Origin: Vibrio cholerae ATCC 14035
GTDB lineage: Bacteria > Pseudomonadota > Gammaproteobacteria > Enterobacterales > Vibrionaceae
Direction of reading: 5' to 3'
NCBI RefSeq assembly: GCF_000621645.1
Contig: NZ_KK211325.1
Span: forward strand, 26,254 to 46,387
Length of the DNA: 20,134 nucleotides
The position numbers and the translations under genes are program-made. The number at the start of each line of letters is the position of its first letter. The first letter of the stretch is position 1. Below, one piece after another: positions 1 through 9,340 of the stretch. The notes under the pieces are model-generated. The model saw nothing but the letters and a program-made list of their open reading frames with translations. It was not told the DNA's origin and made no database searches.

Positions 1-1
1 T

Positions 2-77
2 GCGACACTAGCTCAGTTGGTAGAGCGCAACCTTGCCAAGGTTGAGGTCACGAGTTCGAACCTCGTGTGTCGCTCCA
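2..77 (+). tRNA. tRNA-Gly (anticodon GCC)
   Basis: 76-nt cloverleaf. Acceptor GCGACAC/GTGTCGC, D arm GCTC-AGTTGGTA-GAGC, anticodon arm CAACC-TTGCCAA-GGTTG, T arm ACGAG-TTCGAAC-CTCGT, encoded CCA. Close to E. coli glyV-type tRNA-Gly(GCC). Confidence 0.95.
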
Positions 78-116
78 GTTTCATAGCCCTTATCGTGCTT
101 AACGATAACACACGGA

Positions 117-193
<77 letters not shown>

Positions 194-227
194 AATCTTT
201 CGTAGATGCAGTAGCATCACGACAAAT

Positions 228-303
228 GCGACACTAGCTCAGTTGGTAGAGCGCAACCTTGCCAAGGTTGAGGTCACGAGTTCGAACCTCGTGTGTCGCT
301 CCA
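228..303 (+). tRNA. tRNA-Gly (anticodon GCC), second identical copy
   Basis: Sequence identical to 2..77. Confidence 0.95.
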
Positions 304-336
304 AATTAATAGTTTCATCGTACTTAACGATGAAGT

Positions 337-428
337 GCGCCACACTTGCTCATTTGATGAGTAAAACCTTGCCAAGGTTGAGGTCACGCCTTTTTGTTTT
401 AAAGAAGGGAACCTCGTGTGTTGCTCCA
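337..428 (+). pseudogene. Degenerate tRNA-Gly(GCC)-derived element (tRNA-like, elbow destroyed)
   Basis: Collinear with the Gly tRNA. The acceptor is GCGCCAC/GTGTTGC-TCCA, with one mismatch and one G:U. The D stem GCTC/GAGT is kept but the D loop ATTTGAT lacks the conserved GG. The anticodon arm AACC-TTGCCAA-GGTT is kept. In the T arm, AGTTC is replaced by the 20-nt CCTTTTTGTTTTAAAGAAGG, which forms its own 7-bp hairpin (389-395 with 402-408). Confidence 0.6.
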
Positions 429-489
429 GTTTCTTGCCTACTACAGAAAACTGAAGAAAAGATTTATTGCGTTTAGCGCTATATATGGA

Positions 490-566
<77 letters not shown>

Positions 567-582
567 ATTCTTTAAAGAGAGA

Positions 583-611
583 CTGTGCTCATGCGCAGAT
601 TTTTCTTTTTT
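583..611 (+). terminator. Intrinsic terminator of the tRNA operon
   Basis: 6-bp stem CTGTGC/GCGCAG (one G:U) with loop TCAT, followed by ATTTTTCTTTTTT. Confidence 0.7.
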
Positions 612-794
612 AGGGTGTTTAGCATTTTGCTAAAGCTCTTTCTATAATGCTGTGAAGCATCATCTCAGTGAGTCATTCATTGCGCGTCAGCTCAATAATA
701 TCGCTCCCATGTATCAAATATTCTCTTTTCAAGCAGCCGAAAGCGTACCCGCTGACTACGGATTTCGCTTACTTTGGCGTCTTCATTAACAGAG

Positions 795-821
795 TTATCC
801 ACAAAAAAAATCTGTGGATAA
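795..821. promoter_or_regulatory. Pair of perfect consensus DnaA boxes in inverted orientation
   Basis: TTATCCACA at 795-803 and its exact reverse complement TGTGGATAA at 813-821, separated by AAAAAAATC. Both match the TTATNCACA consensus 9/9. Confidence 0.55.
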
Positions 822-1019
822 AACAGTTGATAAACTCTGTATCTTAGCTTTTCGAGTTGACTTATCTGAGGATCTTTGCTTGCTTCTAAGGCTTGGCTTA
901 ATGAGAGTTTTTTCTTAAGTTATTGTTTTTTATTAACTTGTTATTTTTATCTCTAAGCAAAAAATAGAGCACTAAGATCATTGCAGTCTAAAAACTTGAT
1001 CCTAGTCATTTACCTAGGT

Positions 1020-1076
1020 TGTGATTAACTTTTTTTAGCGATAGAAAACAGCGTCTGATTAAAAATGTTGTCCACA
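1020..1076. promoter_or_regulatory. Two additional near-consensus DnaA boxes
   Basis: TGTGATTAA at 1020-1028 reads TTAATCACA on the minus strand (1 mismatch). TTGTCCACA at 1068-1076 on the plus strand also has 1 mismatch. Confidence 0.3.
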
Positions 1077-1135
1077 TAGCGCAAATTGGGATGGGCATCA
1101 AACAATCATTTCCTTAATTATGCAAGTTGCTCTAT

Positions 1136-2245
1136 TCATGCATCCCTTGGCAGCCCCTTTTCAATAATGCGAATCAGGCGAGCATGCTGGCGAGGTGTGG
1201 CGGTCTTTTGGGTTTGCTCCTCCAAAGCCCAATGAATATGCTCATCAAGTAATTCACTTTGCCCCAGATGACGTTGGAGTGTATCAATAATCCGCGGAGA
1301 ATAAGGAGCGTTGCCCATAGCAATGATCAAATTGCGCCGCCACTGTTGATGACCAATTCGCCGAATGGCTGAGCCTTCCATATTTTTCAGGAAAGTCGCC
1401 TCATCCCATTCAAATAACACTACTAAATCCGCATTGTTGAGACTTTGTCGGCGATGAAAGTCACTTTGCTGAGTTAAAGGGGCAAAGCGATTCCAAGGAC
1501 AGACGAGTTGGCAGTCATCACAACCGTAAATTCGGTTGCCCATTGCGCGTCGAAACTCCAAGGGGATAACCCCTGAATACTCAATGGTGAGGTAAGAAAC
1601 ACAGCGTCGTGCATCCACTACGCCTTCGGCAACGATGGCATTGGTTGGGCAGCTTGTTATACACGCTGTACACTTGCCGCATTGATTTTCGCTTGGTTCA
1701 TCAACGGGTAAGGGAATATCAACCAGTAATTCCCCCAAGAAGAACCAAGACCCGTTTTCTTTATCTAAAATCAGTGAATGTTTTCCTGTCCAACCTAATC
1801 CCGCTTTTTGTGCCAGAGGGCGTTCAAGAATCGGGGCGGAGTCGACAAAAGGACGGTAACCCAGTTTTCCCACTTCTTGTTCGATTTTTTCCCCCAGTTT
1901 TTTGAGCTGGTTTCGAACAAGCTTATGGTAATCACGTCCTAAAGCGTAACGGCTGATATAAGCTTGGTTGGGATCGCTTAAGTTGGAAGCAAACTGCGCT
2001 TGTGGTGGGAGATAGTTGATGCGAGCACTGATCACCCTAAGCGTTCCGGGTAAGAGTTCTGCAGGGCGTGCGCGCATCATGCCGTGCCTCGCCATCCAAT
2101 CCATTTCACCGTGGTAACCTGCGTCTAGCCAAGCCTGCAATGCTGGTTCATGTTCACTTAAATCAACGTCGCAAATCCCGACTTTTTCAAAGCCGAGTTC
2201 GATCGCCCATTGTTTGATCTGATTTGCCAGTTGTTGGTAGTCCAT
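1136..2245 (-). CDS. queG: Epoxyqueuosine reductase QueG (4Fe-4S, cobalamin-dependent)
   Basis: 369-aa ORF. Its N-terminus and the ferredoxin-type Cys motifs (CGKCTACITSCP, CDDCQLVCP) are typical of QueG/YjeS. It is divergent from tsaE, as in enterobacteria. Confidence 0.92.
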   Translation of the reverse strand: MDYQQLANQIKQWAIELGFEKVGICDVDLSEHEPALQAWLDAGYHGEMDWMARHGMMRARPAELLPGTLRVISARINYLPPQAQFASNLSDPNQAYISRYALGRDYHKLVRNQLKKLGEKIEQEVGKLGYRPFVDSAPILERPLAQKAGLGWTGKHSLILDKENGSWFFLGELLVDIPLPVDEPSENQCGKCTACITSCPTNAIVAEGVVDARRCVSYLTIEYSGVIPLEFRRAMGNRIYGCDDCQLVCPWNRFAPLTQQSDFHRRQSLNNADLVVLFEWDEATFLKNMEGSAIRRIGHQQWRRNLIIAMGNAPYSPRIIDTLQRHLGQSELLDEHIHWALEEQTQKTATPRQHARLIRIIEKGLPRDA

Positions 2246-2449
2246 GTCGGGTACTCAGGATAAGGGGCGAGGATCTTAACGGATCTTTTTGCCCTCTTCT
2301 AGCGTTAATCCTTGTGAGAGCTTGTAGGATCTACGATATTTTTCGCTTTGTTAACAGAACAGATCTTGTCTCTCAATTCCAACCCAGTTTACTATTCCAG
2401 TTCTTTTGATTTCTTTATAGTCAACAAAGACCCTGTCGAGAAAAGCGTA

Positions 2450-2914
2450 ATGAACAGCAAGATTTTTTCCCTAAAAGATGAGCAAGCTACGATTGAATTA
2501 GGTCGTGCGCTAGCGCTGATATGCTCACAACAGACAACGCTTTATCTGCATGGCGATCTTGGCGCGGGAAAAACGACTTTCAGCCGAGGTTTTATTCGTG
2601 CCTTGGGACATCAAGGTAACGTCAAAAGCCCAACCTACACACTGGTTGAGCCATATCAACTCGGTATGTGGCAGGTCTATCATTTTGATCTTTATCGTTT
2701 AGCGGATCCTGAAGAACTCGAATTTATGGGGATTCGCGATTACTTTAGTGCAGATGCCATTTGTTTAGTCGAGTGGCCAGAAAAAGGGCATGGACTATTG
2801 CCAAATGCGGATCTTGATATCGATTTGCGTTACGACGGCGATCAGCGAGTTGCTACGCTGACAGCCAATAACCATTATGGATGCGACCTTTTGAGTCAGT
2901 TGGAGTTATGTTGA
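2450..2914 (+). CDS. tsaE: tRNA t6A37 biosynthesis ATPase TsaE (YjeE)
   Basis: 154 aa starting at the internal ATG (MNSKIFSL...). It has the P-loop [13 protein letters not shown] and TsaE-like length. The 34 upstream in-frame codons of the ORF track look non-coding. Confidence 0.88.
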   Translation: MNSKIFSLKDEQATIELGRALALICSQQTTLYLHGDLGAGKTTFSRGFIRALGHQGNVKSPTYTLVEPYQLGMWQVYHFDLYRLADPEELEFMGIRDYFSADAICLVEWPEKGHGLLPNADLDIDLRYDGDQRVATLTANNHYGCDLLSQLELC

Positions 2915-4626
2915 ACGTTAGCCGTTTTGTATTCTTACTCTTTGGATTCGTTTTACTCGCGATCGCTCCTCAAACTTGGGCGAACGTTTTGGAAGGCGTG
3001 CGCGTGTGGCCTTCTCCTGATGAGACACGAGTGGTATTAGATGTCAAATCCGAGGTGGATTACAGCTACTTTACCCTCAGCTCTCCTGAGCGCTTGGTGG
3101 TTGACCTCAAACAGAGCACCTCTCGCGCTAAGTTACCGGTTAATGTCACTGAAAGTGGCATTTTATCGAAAGTTCGCGCTTCATCTCCCCCTGAAAAAAG
3201 TACATTTCGTTTGGTGTTTGAGCTCAAACAAAAAACAACGCCAACTTTATTTAAATTGGCTCCGACACCCGGTGGTCAATATGGCCATCGTTTAGTCATT
3301 GATATGCCACATGGCAAAGTGAGTGAGAGCTCTTCCGCCAGCACGCCGAGTTCACCCGCTCAAGTCAGTAAAGATGCCTCTCAACTCTTAGGGAATGACG
3401 ATATTGTGGTGGCGATTGACGCGGGACATGGCGGTGAAGATCCTGGTTCCATTGGTCCTACACGCAAATATGAAAAAGACATCACCTTGAGCGTGTCTAA
3501 AAAGTTGGCGGATCAACTCAATGCAGTGCCGGGAATGAAAGCGGTACTGACTCGCCGTGGTGACTATTTTGTAAATCTGAATAAACGTACGGAAATTGCG
3601 CGTCGTAGCAAGGCGCACTTGTTGGTTTCGGTGCATGCGGATGCGTTTCATACTCCACAGCCGCGCGGGGGATCGGTGTTTGTGCTGAATACCCGCCGTG
3701 CCAATACCGAAATTGCCCGTTGGGTGGAAAATCACGAGCAACAATCTGAATTGCTGGGCGGTGCTGGCGAAGTACTTTCGAAAACCAATAACGATCGTAA
3801 CGTGAGTCAGACCCTACTGGATCTGCAGTTTAGCCATTCGCAAAAAGAGGGCTATAAAGTCGCGACGAATATTTTGCGTGAAATGGGCAAGGTGGCGCAT
3901 CTGCATAAAACCGAACCCGTTAATGCAAGTTTGGCGGTATTGAAGTCACCAGACATCCCATCGGTACTGGTGGAAACAGGCTTTATCTCTAACCCATCAG
4001 AAGAAAAATTGCTGATTCAGCGCAGTCATCAAGATAAGTTAGCTCGCGCTTTAGCCACGGCGATTGTGCAGTACTTTGAAGATAATCCGCCAGAGGGCAC
4101 ACTGTTTGCCAACCGAGGTAAAGCTCAGAAACACAAAGTGCAGCGTGGAGAATCAATTGGTCTGATTGCTAACCAGTATGGGGTCAGTGTCGATGCTTTG
4201 AAAAAAGCCAACAACCTCAAGTCTTCGACGATTTCGGTTGGGCAACTGCTGACTATTCCAGCTTCTTCAGCACCAAACCCAGTACCTGTTCCTGTGATGG
4301 CAAATCCTGTAGAAACGGAAACTATTACCCATGTGGTAAAAACGGGCGATTTTCTCGGTAAACTTGCCACCACCTATAAGGTTTCAGTGGCTTCGATAAA
4401 AAAAGAGAACAATCTGAAATCGGATACTCTAGTGCTCGGGCAGAAGCTGAAAATCACGGTGAGTTTAAAAGATAAGCCGCTGCGTAAGCACAAGGTGCAG
4501 CGCGGTGAATTCCTGAGCAAAATCGCTGATCAATACAATGTTAGCGTTGATAGCATTCGCCAAGCCAACCAGCTACGCACTGACCAATTGTTGGTTGGGC
4601 AGCAACTGATTATCCCGAATAAATAA
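2908..4626 (+). CDS. amiB: N-acetylmuramoyl-L-alanine amidase AmiB (AMIN + Amidase_3 + three C-terminal LysM repeats)
   Basis: The ATG at 2908 follows GGAG and overlaps the tsaE stop (ATGTTGA). There is a signal peptide ([25 protein letters not shown]) and an amidase core ([11 protein letters not shown] ... SVHADA). Three LysM-like repeats have the form HKVQRGE..., HVVKTGD..., HKVQRGE.... Confidence 0.92.
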   Translation: MLNVSRFVFLLFGFVLLAIAPQTWANVLEGVRVWPSPDETRVVLDVKSEVDYSYFTLSSPERLVVDLKQSTSRAKLPVNVTESGILSKVRASSPPEKSTFRLVFELKQKTTPTLFKLAPTPGGQYGHRLVIDMPHGKVSESSSASTPSSPAQVSKDASQLLGNDDIVVAIDAGHGGEDPGSIGPTRKYEKDITLSVSKKLADQLNAVPGMKAVLTRRGDYFVNLNKRTEIARRSKAHLLVSVHADAFHTPQPRGGSVFVLNTRRANTEIARWVENHEQQSELLGGAGEVLSKTNNDRNVSQTLLDLQFSHSQKEGYKVATNILREMGKVAHLHKTEPVNASLAVLKSPDIPSVLVETGFISNPSEEKLLIQRSHQDKLARALATAIVQYFEDNPPEGTLFANRGKAQKHKVQRGESIGLIANQYGVSVDALKKANNLKSSTISVGQLLTIPASSAPNPVPVPVMANPVETETITHVVKTGDFLGKLATTYKVSVASIKKENNLKSDTLVLGQKLKITVSLKDKPLRKHKVQRGEFLSKIADQYNVSVDSIRQANQLRTDQLLVGQQLIIPNK

Positions 4627-4632
4627 GCGCTC

Positions 4633-6594
4633 ATGACGATTCGAATCCTACCCGCCCGTTTAGCCAACCAAATTGCAGCGGGTGAAGTTGTAGAAAGACC
4701 GGCTTCAGTAGTCAAGGAGTTGGTGGAAAACAGTTTAGATGCTGGAGCCACTCGAATTGATATTGATCTCGAGAAGGGGGGCGCTAAGCTCATTCGTATT
4801 CGCGATAATGGTTCGGGTATTGATAAGGACGAACTAGGGCTTGCGCTGAGTCGTCACGCGACCTCTAAAATTCACACCCTCGATGATCTGGAAGCGATCA
4901 TGAGCCTTGGTTTTCGTGGCGAGGCCTTAGCCAGTATTAGCTCAGTCTCACGCTTAACCCTTACTTCGCGCACGGTAGCTCAAGAAGAAGCGTGGTCTGC
5001 CTACAGTGAAGGCCGTGATATGGCGGTCAAGTTACAGCCCGCGGCTCACCCCGTGGGTACGACTGTGGAAGTGCTGGATCTCTTTTTCAATACCCCGGCA
5101 CGGCGTAAATTTCTGCGCACCGAAAAAACCGAATTTACCCATATTGATGAGCTGCTCAAACGAATTGCTCTGAGCCGTTTTGATGTCAGCTTTACTCTGC
5201 GCCATAACGGAAAAATCGTGCGTCAGTATCGCGCTGCAACGACTTTACCGCAGCAGGAAAAACGTTTAGCTGCGGTGTGTGGCAACCCGTTTGTGCAACA
5301 TATGTTACGCATTGAGTTAGAGCACCAAGGGCTTAAACTGCATGGCTGGATCACCACACCCGAAGGAGCGCGCCAGCAGAGCGATCTGCAATACTGTTAC
5401 GTAAACGGCCGGATGATGCGTGATAAGCTGATCAATCATGCGATTCGCCAAAGCTACGAAACCAGCTTACGTGTCGATCAATTTGCTACCTATGTGCTGT
5501 TTATTGAACTCGATCCTCATCAAGTGGATGTCAACGTGCATCCAGCCAAGCATGAAGTGCGCTTCCATCAAGCTCGCCTCGTTCATGATTTCATCTATCA
5601 AGCCTTAAGCAGTGCGCTAGTACAAGGTGCGCAGGTGATGGCTCCGACCATTAATGAAGGGGCGTTTCATTTACCTCACTGCGCGGAAGAGGTGAATCCT
5701 CCGGTTGTGCCGATGATCGATACCACGCAACAAGAAAGAGTGTGGCAAGCGGTGCAAAATACGCCAGATTATCCGCGCAAAGCTCCACGTGATAACGATA
5801 GGGATGAGAGCGATAATCCGCAGGTTAGAGAGCGAGCGGTCAGTAATCCTTGGGTGGCTTCACCCAAGACTGCAAGTACTGGCAAAGAAAGATATGGTTC
5901 GGCATCCGTCAGCAAAAAAGAGGCCGCGGTTTATCAAACCTTGATGCAAACTCCCGATTTATCGGATGAAGAACCGAGTACTGCCAGTACCATCGTCTCA
6001 TCAATTGAAGCCGTCAAGGCTAATATTGCTATCGAAAAACTGGGTAAAGCGATCCAAGTGGTCGCGGGACAGTACCTGTTGATGAGTAGCCCACAAGGCT
6101 GTGTGCTTATCTCGCTATACCAAGCTCAGCAACTCAAACTGCGTGGATTACTCAATGCTCAGCATGGTGCGCTGAAAGCGCAGCCACTGCTGGTGCCACT
6201 CGCGCTAAAACTGAATGAATCTGAATGGCAAGTGGCGCAGCGTCATTCATCGGCCCTGTTGCAACTGGGTATTGAGCTGAAATCGCGCACCAATCACAGC
6301 ATTATGGTGATGGCGGTTCCGCAGCCGCTGCGCCAGCAAAATTTACAGCAATTGCTGCCGGATCTGTTATCTTACGCGGCGAGTTGTTCGGAAAGCCAAG
6401 CCTTGAGCCATCAAGCGTTGGCGGATTGGTTAACTCAACGCATCGTTGTAGAAAAAAGAGACTACACTTTAGCCGAGGCGATCGGCTTGATCGCAGAGCT
6501 GGAGCAGCTCTGGCAAGGCAACTTGCCTTTGCAAGACCCGCATTTTATTACTTTGGTGGATTTTTCCGCCTCAATTACAGCATTACACTCATGA
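4633..6594 (+). CDS. mutL: DNA mismatch repair protein MutL
   Basis: 653 aa. The N-terminal GHKL ATPase motifs are present ([43 protein letters not shown]), and the position matches the amiB-mutL-miaA synteny. Confidence 0.96.
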   Translation: MTIRILPARLANQIAAGEVVERPASVVKELVENSLDAGATRIDIDLEKGGAKLIRIRDNGSGIDKDELGLALSRHATSKIHTLDDLEAIMSLGFRGEALASISSVSRLTLTSRTVAQEEAWSAYSEGRDMAVKLQPAAHPVGTTVEVLDLFFNTPARRKFLRTEKTEFTHIDELLKRIALSRFDVSFTLRHNGKIVRQYRAATTLPQQEKRLAAVCGNPFVQHMLRIELEHQGLKLHGWITTPEGARQQSDLQYCYVNGRMMRDKLINHAIRQSYETSLRVDQFATYVLFIELDPHQVDVNVHPAKHEVRFHQARLVHDFIYQALSSALVQGAQVMAPTINEGAFHLPHCAEEVNPPVVPMIDTTQQERVWQAVQNTPDYPRKAPRDNDRDESDNPQVRERAVSNPWVASPKTASTGKERYGSASVSKKEAAVYQTLMQTPDLSDEEPSTASTIVSSIEAVKANIAIEKLGKAIQVVAGQYLLMSSPQGCVLISLYQAQQLKLRGLLNAQHGALKAQPLLVPLALKLNESEWQVAQRHSSALLQLGIELKSRTNHSIMVMAVPQPLRQQNLQQLLPDLLSYAASCSESQALSHQALADWLTQRIVVEKRDYTLAEAIGLIAELEQLWQGNLPLQDPHFITLVDFSASITALHS

Positions 6595-7538
6595 CTCAAA
6601 AGTTACCTCTCGCCCTCTTCTTAATGGGCCCAACGGCCTCTGGCAAAACGGATTTAGCCATTCGCTTACGTCAGAAATATCCGGTGGAGATCATCAGCGT
6701 CGACTCGGCACTGATTTATCGAGGGATGGACATAGGCACCGCAAAACCGGATGCTCAAGAGCTAGCACTCGCACCGCACCGTTTGATCGATATTCTCGAT
6801 CCGAGTGAAGCGTATTCGGCTGCCGATTTTCGTCGTGATGCATTAAAAGAGATGGCGGATATCGTCGCTCAGGGCAAAATCCCACTGTTGGTGGGAGGCA
6901 CAATGCTCTACTTTAAAGCCTTACTCGAAGGGTTATCACCACTACCTGCCGCGGATCCCGTGATTCGCCAGCAGATCGAACTGGAAGCTGAAAAGCTTGG
7001 CTGGCAGGCGTTACACGATCAGTTACAACAGATTGATCCCGTCTCAGCACAGCGAATTCATCCCAATGATCCACAAAGATTGTCGCGGGCATTGGAAGTT
7101 TATCGAATTTCAGGTAAAACTCTTACTGAACTGACACAAACCAAAGGGGAAGCAATTCCTTATCGGGTGCTGCAGTTTGCAATTGCTCCCAAGGAAAGGG
7201 CAGAACTCCATCGTCGGATTGAACTTCGCTTTGAGAAGATGGTCGAATCAGGGTTTGAAGAAGAGGTCAAAGCATTATATGCCAGAGACGATCTTCATCC
7301 GGATCTTCCTTCGATTCGCTGCGTCGGTTACCGACAGATGTGGGATTACTTAGACGGTCATGGAACCTTAGATGAAGCGATTTATCGCGGCATCTGTGCC
7401 ACCCGTCAATTGGCCAAGCGACAGATCACCTGGTTACGCAGCTGGGATGATTTAACTTGGTTAGATAGCGAAAACGTTGATCAAGCCGTTGAAACGCTCT
7501 CGAATGCGATAGCTTCCAACGAAATAAGCTGTGTATAA
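6591..7538 (+). CDS. miaA: tRNA dimethylallyltransferase MiaA
   Basis: The start ATG at 6591 overlaps the mutL stop (ATGA). The protein is 315 aa and has the P-loop GPTASGKT. The upstream in-frame extension overlaps mutL and is rejected. Confidence 0.95.
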   Translation: MTQKLPLALFLMGPTASGKTDLAIRLRQKYPVEIISVDSALIYRGMDIGTAKPDAQELALAPHRLIDILDPSEAYSAADFRRDALKEMADIVAQGKIPLLVGGTMLYFKALLEGLSPLPAADPVIRQQIELEAEKLGWQALHDQLQQIDPVSAQRIHPNDPQRLSRALEVYRISGKTLTELTQTKGEAIPYRVLQFAIAPKERAELHRRIELRFEKMVESGFEEEVKALYARDDLHPDLPSIRCVGYRQMWDYLDGHGTLDEAIYRGICATRQLAKRQITWLRSWDDLTWLDSENVDQAVETLSNAIASNEISCV

Positions 7539-7624
7539 TGTGATCGCTTTTGCGTGATGTACCCCGGAAAGGATCCGCTATTGGTACTCTGTTGAGCATC
7601 GGTAGCAACGGGGATTTTGATTCG

Positions 7625-7653
7625 TTTAGCTCAGATGCAAGGCTGCATATAAT
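7625..7653 (+). promoter_or_regulatory. Candidate proximal hfq promoter
   Basis: Perfect -10 TATAAT at 7648-7653. A weak -35 TTTAGC lies at 7625-7630 with a 17-nt spacer, about 55 nt upstream of the hfq start. Confidence 0.3.
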
Positions 7654-7673
7654 TCTGCTGCACCGCTAGCTAA

Positions 7674-7973
<300 letters not shown>

Positions 7974-8005
7974 TTCTTTGCACAATTATTTAAGGAGTTG
8001 ATCGC

Positions 8006-9295
8006 TTGTTTGACCGTTATGAAGCCGGTGAGCGAGCCGTACTTGTTCATGTCAACTTCACGCAACGGGGTGAGTGGGAAGATCTGAGCGAATGTAAAAT
8101 GCTCATTTCTTCCGCAGGGGTGACAACACTGCATGTGGTAACAGGCAGTCGTCAGACCCCTCACCCTAAATATTTCGTTGGTGAGGGCAAAGCCCAAGAA
8201 ATCGCCGAAGCCGTGCAAATGCATGGTGCTAATGTGGTGATTTTTAACCACGCTCTTTCTCCTGCCCAAGAACGTAACCTCGAAAGACTGTGCCAATGTC
8301 GAGTCATTGATCGTACAGGTCTTATCCTTGATATCTTCGCTCAACGTGCTCGTACCCATGAAGGCAAGCTACAAGTCGAGTTGGCTCAGTTGCGCCATAT
8401 CTCTACTCGCTTAATTCGTGGCTGGACGCACTTAGAAAGACAAAAAGGCGGGATTGGTTTACGTGGGCCGGGTGAAACCCAGCTTGAAACAGACCGACGT
8501 TTACTGCGTGAACGGATTAAAGCGATTTTGCGCCGCTTAGAAAAAGTGGCCAAACAGCGTGAACAAGGGCGCCGTGCTCGTAGCCGTGCAGAAATTCCAA
8601 CCATCTCGTTGGTGGGTTATACCAACGCAGGGAAATCTACCCTGTTTAACCGAATCACTGAAGCCGGTGTGTATGCGGCGGATCAATTGTTCGCAACACT
8701 CGATCCTACTTTGCGTAAAATCGATCTGGTGGATGTAGGGCCGGCCGTTTTAGCCGACACAGTAGGTTTTATTCGCCATCTTCCGCATGATCTTGTTGCG
8801 GCTTTTAAAGCGACGTTACAAGAGACACAAGAAGCTGACATTTTGTTACATGTTGTTGATGCCAGTGACGAACGCTTTCGTGAGAATATCCAAGCGGTAG
8901 AGACTGTTTTACAAGAGATTGATGCTCATGAAGTCCCCACTTTGTTGGTGATGAATAAGATCGATAATCTCGAAGAGCAATCTCCACGTATAGAACGGGA
9001 TGATGAAGGCGTTCCGAGAGTAGTGTGGATCTCTGCCATGCAGGGCGCGGGTACTGAGCTACTCTTTGAGGCATTGAGTGAGCGTTTGGCTAGCCAAGTG
9101 GTGGAGCATCACTTACGTATTCCGCCGCGACATCAAGGACGTATCCGTAGCACATTTTTCCAAATGAACTGTATTCAACAGGAAGAGTATGATCCGGAAG
9201 GCAATTTACTGATCACTGTGCGGATGCAACAGGTCGATTGGGCTAGACTAGAAAAACGAGAGCAAGCAGATTTATGTGACTTTATAGTTACTTAA
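8006..9295 (+). CDS. hflX: Ribosome-associated GTPase HflX
   Basis: TTG start at 8006, 8 nt after AAGGAG. The N-terminus MFDRYEAGE matches HflX, and the G1 motif GYTNAGKST and G3 motif DTVGF are present. 429 aa. Confidence 0.95.
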   Translation: MFDRYEAGERAVLVHVNFTQRGEWEDLSECKMLISSAGVTTLHVVTGSRQTPHPKYFVGEGKAQEIAEAVQMHGANVVIFNHALSPAQERNLERLCQCRVIDRTGLILDIFAQRARTHEGKLQVELAQLRHISTRLIRGWTHLERQKGGIGLRGPGETQLETDRRLLRERIKAILRRLEKVAKQREQGRRARSRAEIPTISLVGYTNAGKSTLFNRITEAGVYAADQLFATLDPTLRKIDLVDVGPAVLADTVGFIRHLPHDLVAAFKATLQETQEADILLHVVDASDERFRENIQAVETVLQEIDAHEVPTLLVMNKIDNLEEQSPRIERDDEGVPRVVWISAMQGAGTELLFEALSERLASQVVEHHLRIPPRHQGRIRSTFFQMNCIQQEEYDPEGNLLITVRMQQVDWARLEKREQADLCDFIVT

Positions 9296-9340
9296 AGGAC
9301 TGCTAGAGTATAACGTCATATCAAATGATGGAGTTTTCTA

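Noticed and set aside
304-489. Possibility that the tRNA-Gly-like fragment marks an attachment site or remnant of an integrated mobile element or genomic island next to the tRNA cluster.
   Set aside because: No integrase, transposase, phage or plasmid genes and no long direct repeats occur anywhere in the window. The fragment covers the whole tRNA length rather than only a duplicated 3' end, so a decayed or remodelled tandem copy is more likely.
709-789. 26-codon ATG ORF (MYQIFSFQAAESVPADYGFRLLWRLH) in the tRNA-queG intergenic region.
   Set aside because: It has no Shine-Dalgarno sequence and no recognisable motif. An ORF of this length is expected by chance in AT-rich DNA. It is mentioned only as a formal possibility.
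2348-2449. N-terminal extensions suggested by the ORF track for tsaE (2348), amiB (2881), miaA (6384), yjeT (11554), slyX (12049), the WD40 protein (13014) and fkpA (13139).
   Set aside because: In each case an internal ATG has a better-placed GGAG-type ribosome-binding site and reproduces the conserved N-terminus or signal peptide of the family. The extensions overlap upstream genes or start at weak TTG codons.
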